From: Minisyncoccota bacterium
Lineage (GTDB): Bacteria > Patescibacteriota > Minisyncoccia > 2-02-FULL-40-12 > GWA2-44-9
Reading direction: 5' to 3'
Length of the DNA: 64,000 nucleotides
Assembly: GCA_035620375.1 (NCBI GenBank)
Contig: DASPGX010000006.1
Location: 6,156-70,155 of the forward strand
In this document: positions 56,894 through 64,000 of the stretch, piece after piece
Layout of the letters: every line of letters starts with the position of its first letter
Numbering within the stretch: the stretch's first letter is position 1
Position numbers and translations under genes: made by a program
The notes under the pieces: model-generated
The model's input: only the letters and a program-made list of their open reading frames with translations
What the model was told of the DNA's origin: nothing
The model's database searches: none

Positions 56894-58081
56894 ATGGCGA
56901 CGGCTCCCGAACCCGTATTCTCGGTATCCGAATTCCTGGACCTGGTCATTGAACTGCTCGGACAGCGGGACTTTGAGGTTCAGGGAGAGGTGACCGGCGC
57001 GAAATCCCATCCGACCGGATTCTATTTTTCCCTCAAGGACGAGCGGGGCGGGGGCCTCATGGACTGTTACATGAGTCCGTATGCATACCGCGGGGCGGGT
57101 ATCGCGCTGGAGGACGGCATGCTGGTTAAGGTGGGCGGTATCGCCTCCATATACAAACCCAAGGGCCGGTTCTCATTCCGCGTGCAGACCATCCAGTTGG
57201 CGGGAGAGGGGTCGCTGAAGAAGGCGTACGAGGCGCTCAAGAAAAAACTCACGGAAGAGGGATTGTTTGACCGCAAACGGGCCTTGCCGGAATTCATTTC
57301 CCGCGTCGGGCTCATTACTTCTCGGACGGGAGCCGTTATTGACGATTTCCGCCGGAATCTCGCTCCGTTGGGCCTGTCGGTTCTGCATTACGATGTCCGG
57401 GTGGAGGGCGCGCAGGCGGTGCCGCAGGTCAAGCGGGCGCTTGAATGGTTCGGCAGGCATGCCGAACGGGTGGATGCCCTGGTGTTGGTCCGGGGAGGCG
57501 GTTCCATGGAGGACCTGCAGGCGTTTAACGACGAGTACGTGGTCCGCGGGGTATTCGGTTCGCGGGTGCCGACCGTCGTGAGCATCGGCCATGACCGTGA
57601 TGTGCCGCTGGCGCAGATGGCGGCGGACGCCTCGGCATCCACGCCGACGGCGACGGCGCACGTCATTAACGCGAGCTGGGACCGGCTCCGGCGGCTTCCC
57701 GAGACGTCACAAAAATTGGTGTTCGCGTACGACACCGCCCTTTCGGCCGTCCGCGCCGATGTGGGCGGCCATGCGCACCGGCTGGCGACGCAGATGGCGC
57801 GCATCGCCGGCGCGGCGGACCGTATTCAGCAGCGATTAGGTCATGCGCTTGCGCATGTGGGCCACCGCATCGGACATCTTCGCGACGCCGTGGAGCGCCA
57901 CGACAGGTTCCTGGCGTCGGTCAGTCCGGAACGGCAACTCCGGTTGGGGTACAGCATCGTCACGGACGGAGCGGGGTCCGTTATCCGCGATGCGGCACAG
58001 CTGAAGCCGGGACACGCGGTGCGGACGCGCCTGGCAAGGGGGGCTTTCGTTTCGGAGGTGAAAGAATTATCATCGGAATAA
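56894..58081 (+). CDS. xseA: exodeoxyribonuclease VII large subunit
   Basis: SVSE, YFSLKD, GAVIDD, RGGGS.EDL..FN, IGH.RD, TPTA. Confidence 0.95.
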   Translation: MATAPEPVFSVSEFLDLVIELLGQRDFEVQGEVTGAKSHPTGFYFSLKDERGGGLMDCYMSPYAYRGAGIALEDGMLVKVGGIASIYKPKGRFSFRVQTIQLAGEGSLKKAYEALKKKLTEEGLFDRKRALPEFISRVGLITSRTGAVIDDFRRNLAPLGLSVLHYDVRVEGAQAVPQVKRALEWFGRHAERVDALVLVRGGGSMEDLQAFNDEYVVRGVFGSRVPTVVSIGHDRDVPLAQMAADASASTPTATAHVINASWDRLRRLPETSQKLVFAYDTALSAVRADVGGHAHRLATQMARIAGAADRIQQRLGHALAHVGHRIGHLRDAVERHDRFLASVSPERQLRLGYSIVTDGAGSVIRDAAQLKPGHAVRTRLARGAFVSEVKELSSE

Positions 58082-58299
58082 TGCCGAAGACAACAGAGAA
58101 AAATGACATCGCCAAGTCGCTCCGGGAACTGGAGCGCATCGTCGCGTGGTTTGACGAACAGGAGCAGGTGGACGTCCAGCAGGGACTGGAGAAGGTTCGT
58201 GAAGGGGCGGTGCTGGTCAAGGAACTCCGCACGCGCCTGAAGGAAGTGGAAAACGAATTCAACGAGGTCAAGAAGGAACTGGAGGATGATGACGAATAA
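58081..58299 (+). CDS. xseB: exodeoxyribonuclease VII small subunit
   Basis: LRELERIV...EG..L; follows xseA. Confidence 0.88.
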   Translation: MPKTTEKNDIAKSLRELERIVAWFDEQEQVDVQQGLEKVREGAVLVKELRTRLKEVENEFNEVKKELEDDDE

Positions 58300-59476
58300 C
58301 CGGTGGGTTATCTCGGGCGTTGCGGCCGTCCTGCTGGGTATCGGCCTGTGGCGCGCCGTCCCGGTTATCCGCGGCATCTGGCCCGCGTGGGGTCCCGCAG
58401 CGCCGGTACCGACGGTTGCGGGCTCGCCGTCTCCTGCGGTTTCCGGTCCGGCATTACCCGTTGCGCCGCTGACGGCCGCTCCCGGCTGGAAGGCTTTCCT
58501 GCTCACCGATGACGTGCCCGGTGCGCGGGACATGGCGCTGGATGCGTTCGGGAACGTCTGGGTGAGTCAGCCTTCCGAGGGAACGGTATCGCTCGTATAT
58601 CTTAAGGACACCAATCCCGGTGTTCCGCCGGTCGTTTCTTCCGTGCTTCGTGACCTGGACCGTCCCCACGGTTTGGTTTTTGACCCGGCAAACGGATTCT
58701 CGCTCTATGTCGCGGAAGTGACCCGCATCATCCGGGTGGCTACGTACGGAGACGGCGCTCCCGAGCATGTCGCCGACCTTCCCGCGGGAGGCCGGCATTT
58801 CACGCGGTCGCTGGCGTTCGGACCCGACGCCCGGCTGTACGTTTCCCTGGGCTCCACTTGCGACGTGTGTTACGAGGCACATCCGGAAATCGCGACCGTC
58901 ATCTCCATGAATCGGGACGGTTCTGACCGGAGGACGGAGGCGACCGGACTGCGCAACGCGGTATTCATCGCGTTCCATCCGCAATTCACGGAATCGTTGT
59001 GGACCACCGAGATGGGACGCGACCGCCTCGGCGACAACCTGCCGCCCGACGAAATCAACGTCATTGACGTGGGAGGCGTCACCGAAGATTACGGTTGGCC
59101 CATCTGCTACGGAAACCACGTGCATGATGCCGACTTTGACAAAAATCAGTACATACGCGACCCGTGCGAGGATACCGTGCCGCCGCTGATTGAGCTTCCC
59201 GCGCACGTCGCTCCTCTGGGTCTGGCATTCCTGGATGACGGCGACCTCTTGGTCGCGTATCACGGCTCGTGGAATTCCACGGTACCGGTCGGGTATAAGG
59301 TCGTGCGGTGGCACTGGGACGGCACCGGCTGGACGTCATCGGATTTTCTGACCGGGTTCCTCCTGAATGGTTCCGCATTCGGACGTCCGGTTGATGTTTT
59401 GCCGATGCCGGACGGTTCCGTGCTTGTTTCCGATGACAAGGCCGGCGCCATCTGGAAAATGATGCGGACCGAATAA
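58286..59476 (+). CDS. PQQ-dependent sugar/sorbosone dehydrogenase family beta-propeller
   Basis: RPHG, GRHFTR, GSTCDVC, GLRN, PPDEIN, YGWP, HGSWN, GRPVDV, SDD. Confidence 0.88.
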   Translation: MMTNNRWVISGVAAVLLGIGLWRAVPVIRGIWPAWGPAAPVPTVAGSPSPAVSGPALPVAPLTAAPGWKAFLLTDDVPGARDMALDAFGNVWVSQPSEGTVSLVYLKDTNPGVPPVVSSVLRDLDRPHGLVFDPANGFSLYVAEVTRIIRVATYGDGAPEHVADLPAGGRHFTRSLAFGPDARLYVSLGSTCDVCYEAHPEIATVISMNRDGSDRRTEATGLRNAVFIAFHPQFTESLWTTEMGRDRLGDNLPPDEINVIDVGGVTEDYGWPICYGNHVHDADFDKNQYIRDPCEDTVPPLIELPAHVAPLGLAFLDDGDLLVAYHGSWNSTVPVGYKVVRWHWDGTGWTSSDFLTGFLLNGSAFGRPVDVLPMPDGSVLVSDDKAGAIWKMMRTE

Positions 59477-60399
59477 TGCCCGAACCTACGCCACAACCGT
59501 CGCCGGAGAAACGGGAGCATCCGGTGATTATGTCATACGGGGAAACGCGCCCCAAAGAAGGCGGCAACGGCATAAATGAGGATGCAATTATCAGCGACGA
59601 TGCGGAACGCTTATACGGCGTATTTGACGGCATGGGCGGGCACGATGCGGGCGAAATTGCATCCGCGGAGGCCGTCAAAGCCGTCCGTGAAGCTGTGGCT
59701 CAGTGGGATACCGTCGTGGACGAGGACGTTTCTGACCTTCCGAATTCACTGGGAAGGGCGCTCGTCCAGGCGCACCGGGCGGTGCGCACCGCGGCAGGAG
59801 GGGGAAACATGGGAACGACGGCATCCGTCGCCAAGCTGGTTGAACGGAGCGACGGTACGTTTGCCGCCGTGGTTTCCACTGTGGGCGACAGTCCAGCGTA
59901 TGTCTGGCGGGCGGAGGCGAAAACGCTTGAGCTTGTCGGCGGAGATGACGACATGCTCGTCGGCGGGGAACTGTATATCCGACTGGGACTCGGGCTGAAG
60001 CCCGCCGAAGCCCTGCCGACGGACGAAGAAATCGGAGAAATCCGCCGTGAGATCAGGAATGCGACAACGGAGGCGGAGCTATCGCCCCGGGCACAGGAGC
60101 TCTGGAAGCGCAGGAACATCGTGGGACAGAATCTCGGCAATGAAGACCACGAGCCGGATCCCCGGAGCCGGCTTGTGGAGCTTGCCAAGGGCGATAAACT
60201 TCTGCTGATGTCCGATGGCATCTCCGACTTCGTGGGCGAGCAGGACATCGCGTCGGCCGCCGCGGGTACCCGGACCCCGAAGGAGCTATCCGTGCTCCTT
60301 GTGGAATCTGCACTCGCTACGAGCCAGGACAAAGCGCAATTTCGGACCACAGGCAAAAATCCGGACGATTTGAGCGTCGTTGTTGTGCAGATATCATGA
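59476..60399 (+). CDS. PP2C-family Ser/Thr phosphatase
   Basis: NED, FDGMGGH, GTT, VGDS, SDG, DDLS. Confidence 0.88.
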   Translation: MPEPTPQPSPEKREHPVIMSYGETRPKEGGNGINEDAIISDDAERLYGVFDGMGGHDAGEIASAEAVKAVREAVAQWDTVVDEDVSDLPNSLGRALVQAHRAVRTAAGGGNMGTTASVAKLVERSDGTFAAVVSTVGDSPAYVWRAEAKTLELVGGDDDMLVGGELYIRLGLGLKPAEALPTDEEIGEIRREIRNATTEAELSPRAQELWKRRNIVGQNLGNEDHEPDPRSRLVELAKGDKLLLMSDGISDFVGEQDIASAAAGTRTPKELSVLLVESALATSQDKAQFRTTGKNPDDLSVVVVQIS

Positions 60400-61106
60400 C
60401 CAAACTTCACCGATTCATCGGCCCCTGGCAGCTGGCGCACGGAAACGTGCGTCTGGACGATGCGGATTTGGCGCATCAGATGCGCTCGGTACTGAAGCTC
60501 AAGGCCGGCGAGACCGTTATTCTGGGCGACGGCACCGGTCAGGAGGCTCACTGCAGCATTCTGTCCTATGAGCGCGACGCGGTGGTCGTCCAGTGTAACA
60601 GCATCGGCCGGAACGCAGCCGAACCGCAGGCGCATCTGGTTCTGTATTGCGCGGTGCTCAAGCATGAGCACTTTGAGCTCGCCGCGGGCAAAGTCACGGA
60701 AATCGGCGCAAGATCCATTGTGCCGGTCATCACGGCGCGCACAGTCAAGCTGAATCTGCGCACGGACCGCGTGGAGCGCATCGTGCGCGAGGCCGCGGAG
60801 CTGGCGGGGCGCGGACTGGTGCCGGAGGTCAGGGACGTCATGACCTTCGACCAGGCGCTTTCGGATGCGCATCACAACGACGCCAACCTGTTTCTGGACC
60901 CCGAAGGCAAGCCGCTGGACCGGCTCGGCGCGGGGAACCGGAAGGTCGGCATCTTTATCGGGCCCGAAGGCGGCTGGGACGAAAACGAGAAGCGTGCCGC
61001 TCACGAATACGGGATGCGCATCATTTCCCTGGGCCCGCTGGTCATGCGTGCCGAGACCGCCGCCGTCGTCGCGGCATATTTGACACTACACACATTGCGT
61101 AGTTAA
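60396..61106 (+). CDS. rsmE: 16S rRNA m3U1498 methyltransferase
   Basis: H...VL.L, TEIG, EAAE, FIGPEGG, LG..VMRAETA. Confidence 0.93.
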   Translation: MTKLHRFIGPWQLAHGNVRLDDADLAHQMRSVLKLKAGETVILGDGTGQEAHCSILSYERDAVVVQCNSIGRNAAEPQAHLVLYCAVLKHEHFELAAGKVTEIGARSIVPVITARTVKLNLRTDRVERIVREAAELAGRGLVPEVRDVMTFDQALSDAHHNDANLFLDPEGKPLDRLGAGNRKVGIFIGPEGGWDENEKRAAHEYGMRIISLGPLVMRAETAAVVAAYLTLHTLRS

Positions 61107-61114
61107 ATATCCGC

Positions 61115-61405
61115 ATGAAGAAGATATATCGCGCCCCGCGTGAGGGCATTCTCGGCGGAGTCGCCGCCGGATTCGCCCAATATTTCGACACGGACCCGGT
61201 GTTCGTCCGTTTGGGCGTCGCGGTGCTGGCCATCGTTACCGAGGTCTGGCCGGTCCTGCTGCTGTACGTATTTTTGTACATCATCATGCCTGTGGATCCG
61301 GCCCAGGAGACGGTCCAATCCAATCAGGAGCCCAAGGACGTGACCCCGGCGGGGGACAGAAAGGAAGAGCCGGTGGAGCGCATGGACTCGGGGCAGAACA
61401 TGTAG
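61115..61405 (+). CDS. PspC domain protein
   Basis: KKIYR....LGGVAAG.A.YF..DP..VR, Y.....IMP. Confidence 0.88.
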   Translation: MKKIYRAPREGILGGVAAGFAQYFDTDPVFVRLGVAVLAIVTEVWPVLLLYVFLYIIMPVDPAQETVQSNQEPKDVTPAGDRKEEPVERMDSGQNM

Positions 61406-61416
61406 GCACGAAAGAG

Positions 61417-61446
61417 AAAGGGCGATCCCCATGGGGATCGCCCTTT
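61417..61446. terminator. bidirectional hairpin terminator
   Basis: AAAGGGCGATCCCC-AT-GGGGATCGCCCTTT between convergent genes. Confidence 0.7.
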
Positions 61447-61464
61447 GCGTTCTTCCGTCCGGAC

Positions 61465-61740
61465 TCAGACCGGATGCGCCGGAAACTCGTCCGTGAGCGC
61501 GCTTATCACGCGCCGGAACTCCGTTCCCGCCTCCAGGGTCCGGGTTCGGAACCTGGCGTGCGCCTCCGCCAACCGTACGTTGACGGGGTCGTCTCCCGGG
61601 TCGGTGTCCAGTACTTCGCGCTGAAACTCCTCCAGTGCGCCCTGAGTGACCTTCCGGAACCGGTCCCGGGCACGGATGACCGGGTCTTCTCCGCCGTGCC
61701 GCGCGATGGCGGTCTCCAGCGGTTCGCTTGCGGTGCTCAT
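61465..61740 (-). CDS. hypothetical protein
   Basis: GAGGAGG SD. Confidence 0.55.
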   Translation of the reverse strand: MSTASEPLETAIARHGGEDPVIRARDRFRKVTQGALEEFQREVLDTDPGDDPVNVRLAEAHARFRTRTLEAGTEFRRVISALTDEFPAHPV

Positions 61741-61749
61741 TGAACCTCC

Positions 61750-61938
61750 TCAGGGCCCCAAGTCCGCGGGACGGAACGTGCCGTCGGCACGGGGAAGGAA
61801 CCCTTCGTCCACCATCCAGTGGTATTCGTCCCCGGCGCACGGAAGGCAGATGCCCCCGTTGTCGTCCAGGTCCGACTTCTTGGTGAACCGCGTGCATTGC
61901 GCGCAACGCGGTTGCTTTCGCTTCTTCCTTGTTGTCAT
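61750..61938 (-). CDS. small zinc-finger-like protein
   Basis: CAQC...CLPC; GGGAGG SD; TG-TATAAT promoter. Confidence 0.55.
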   Translation of the reverse strand: MTTRKKRKQPRCAQCTRFTKKSDLDDNGGICLPCAGDEYHWMVDEGFLPRADGTFRPADLGP

Positions 61939-62019
61939 GGAACCTCCCAGATAACTTTTATTATAGCACAAAATAACTCTAAAATCAACCGCTTTTTGTC
62001 ATGTAAAATCCGTGCGAAA

Positions 62020-62673
62020 ATGGCTGATATGCCGTATACGCCCCGGCCGACGGCGGCACAGAAAAGGCGCGCTGAACGCATCCTTGGCATTCTCAAGAAC
62101 CTGTTCCCCGATGCCGGTATCGTCCTGAATTACCGCACGCCGTGGGAGCTCATGGTCGCCGTCCAGTTGTCCGCCCAATGCACCGACAAGAAAGTGAACG
62201 AGGTCACCGAGAAACTGTTCACGAAGTACCGGAACCTGGACGACTATGTGAACGCGGACGCCGGGGAATTTCAGAAGGATATCTATCAGACCGGTTTCTA
62301 TAAGAATAAGACCAAGAACATTCTCGCCGCCGCGAAAATGGTGAAGAAGGACTTCGGCGGCAAGCTCCCGCGGTCAATGGAAGAGATGCTGAAAATTCCG
62401 GGCGTGGCCCGCAAGACGGCGAACGTTGTGCTCGGCAACGCGTTCGGTGTCGTTGAGGGCATCGCTGTGGATACGCATGTCCTTCGCCTGTCCCGCCAGC
62501 TTGGCCTGACCGTGCATGAGGATCCGGTGAAGGTGGAACGGGACCTGATGGCGCTGTTCCCCGAACAGGAATGGCTCCGGCTGACCTACCGGCTCATTGA
62601 GTACGGACGGAAGTATTCACCGGCACACAAGAAGGACCATAGCGGAGAGCCGCTGGAATCATTGTATGTCTGA
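62020..62673 (+). CDS. nth: endonuclease III (without the 4Fe-4S motif)
   Basis: LSAQCTD, GFYKNK, PGVARKTANVVL, AVDTHV. Confidence 0.92.
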   Translation: MADMPYTPRPTAAQKRRAERILGILKNLFPDAGIVLNYRTPWELMVAVQLSAQCTDKKVNEVTEKLFTKYRNLDDYVNADAGEFQKDIYQTGFYKNKTKNILAAAKMVKKDFGGKLPRSMEEMLKIPGVARKTANVVLGNAFGVVEGIAVDTHVLRLSRQLGLTVHEDPVKVERDLMALFPEQEWLRLTYRLIEYGRKYSPAHKKDHSGEPLESLYV

Positions 62674-64000
62674 ACGGAACAGCCCGGAGAATCACTGGCA
62701 TGCGCGGGGGGCGGACGAGGTGGTCCGCGTATTCGGTTCATCTCCGGACGGGCTGTCCGAGGGCGAGGCCGCAGCCCGCATGGAGCGGTACGGACGGAAT
62801 GAGTTCCCGGAGCACGGACGGGGCGAGTTCCGGGACATCGTCGTCCGCCAGTTCACCGACCCGCTCATTCTCATCCTGTTGGCGGCGGGTGCCGCGTCGT
62901 TCGCTCTGCATGCCCGCGTGGATGCCATCATCATCTTCGGTGCGGTCCTGATTAACGCCGCCATCGGATTTTGGCAGGAATACAAGGTATCCGCCGTGCT
63001 CGCGGAGCTCCGGGGCAAACTCAAATCCAGCGCCACCGTCATCCGCGACGGGCGCGCACATATCGTTGACGCCACGGGCCTGGTCCCCGGGGACATTATC
63101 GCGCTCCGGCAAGGTGAGCGTGTTCCGGCGGACGGACGCGTCATCGCGCAGTCCGGCCTGAAGACCAACGAGGCCGTGCTAACCGGAGAATCCATGCCCG
63201 TCGCCAAGCAGACGGAGCCCGTGGACCGCGATATGGGCGTCAGCGACCAGCACAGTATGGTATTCACCGGTTCGTTGGTCGCCGAGGGAACGGGCACGGT
63301 CGTCGTTACCGGTACGGGGCTGAAGACGGAGTTCGGCGCGATTGCGGGCATGGTGATGCGCGAGCGCGGAAAAGACGTGACCCGTCTGCAGGTACGCATG
63401 CGGAATCTCGCCAAGACGCTCGGTACGGTATTTGTCGTGGTGACGATGGCCCTGTTCGTTGTCGGCGTGGCAACGGGCAGAGATCCTCTCCTGATGCTGC
63501 TGACCGCCGTTGCGACAGCTGTCGCGGCGGTTCCGGAAAGCCTGCCGGTTTCCCTGGGTATCGTGCTTGCCATCGGTGCCCGCCGGATACTGGATCACGG
63601 CGGTCTCGTACGGAAAATGTCGGCCGCCGAATCGCTGGGGAGCGTAACACTCATTGCAACCGACAAGACCGCGACGCTGACCGAGGGCGTTATGGAGGTG
63701 GTACGTCTCGTTTCGCAGGAGGGCACTGAATGGGATGCCGGGGATTTCGGCAAAGCCGTGGCCAGCGACCGCGACCCGCTCCGGGATGTCATTGAACGTC
63801 TGGCGCTCTCCAGCAGTTCGGCGGTGGAGAATCCGTCGGCGCCGCAGACGGAATGGAAGATGAGCGGCACTCCGGTGGACCGGGGAATACTCCGCATGGC
63901 GCTCAAGGCGGGATTGAATCATGAGGAGCTTCCCCGTCGCCGCCGACAGATGGCCGAACTTCCGTTTGATGCGCGCCGGAAGAATTCAGCGGTGGTTTCG
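62666..64000 (+). CDS. cation-transporting P-type ATPase (runs off the window end)
   Basis: YG.N, LVPGD, PADGR, LTGES, AVPESLP, DKTATLT, PFD. Confidence 0.9.
   Translation, partial: MSERNSPENHWHARGADEVVRVFGSSPDGLSEGEAAARMERYGRNEFPEHGRGEFRDIVVRQFTDPLILILLAAGAASFALHARVDAIIIFGAVLINAAIGFWQEYKVSAVLAELRGKLKSSATVIRDGRAHIVDATGLVPGDIIALRQGERVPADGRVIAQSGLKTNEAVLTGESMPVAKQTEPVDRDMGVSDQHSMVFTGSLVAEGTGTVVVTGTGLKTEFGAIAGMVMRERGKDVTRLQVRMRNLAKTLGTVFVVVTMALFVVGVATGRDPLLMLLTAVATAVAAVPESLPVSLGIVLAIGARRILDHGGLVRKMSAAESLGSVTLIATDKTATLTEGVMEVVRLVSQEGTEWDAGDFGKAVASDRDPLRDVIERLALSSSSAVENPSAPQTEWKMSGTPVDRGILRMALKAGLNHEELPRRRRQMAELPFDARRKNSAVVS

Noticed and set aside
1-64000. CRISPR array, prophage, integrase/transposase, reverse transcriptase, or recoded TGA
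   Set aside because: No regularly spaced repeats or hallmark genes were seen; conserved genes end at TGA at the expected lengths.

Overview
GC-rich bacterial chromosome segment using the standard code (TGA = stop). The gene content suggests a Patescibacteria (CPR, Parcubacteria-like) genome, which is an inference: DUF4012, a short RF2, a RelA without ACT domain, many orphan ORFs and leaderless core genes. Core genes: parA, parB, rel, topA, dprA, galT, tpiA, pgk, rnhA, lepA, prfB, ftsE, ftsX, xseA, xseB, rsmE, nth and a partial P-type ATPase. There is also a glycosylation cluster, RNase P RNA and four tRNAs (Leu-CAA, Thr-CGT, Gly-CCC, Gln-CTG). The main highlight is an ~8.2 kb NAD+ salvage and ADP-ribose recycling locus (nadE, nrtR, GNAT, ADP-ribosylglycohydrolase, an NDT-like/NUDIX fusion, pncA, pncB, nadD). 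It carries three matching 21-bp NrtR-type operators, each on or next to a -10 box. Other notable items: a PspA-like plus OmpA-fused ABC operon, a heme-oxygenase-like diiron protein and a beta-barrel-like protein after tRNA-Gln, a degenerate serpin, a CRIPT-like zinc protein, a minimal ATP-dependent DNA ligase, a cluster-less Nth, and several families of small palindromic intergenic elements. No CRISPR array, integrase or transposase was seen. All calls come from motifs read by eye, with no database searches.
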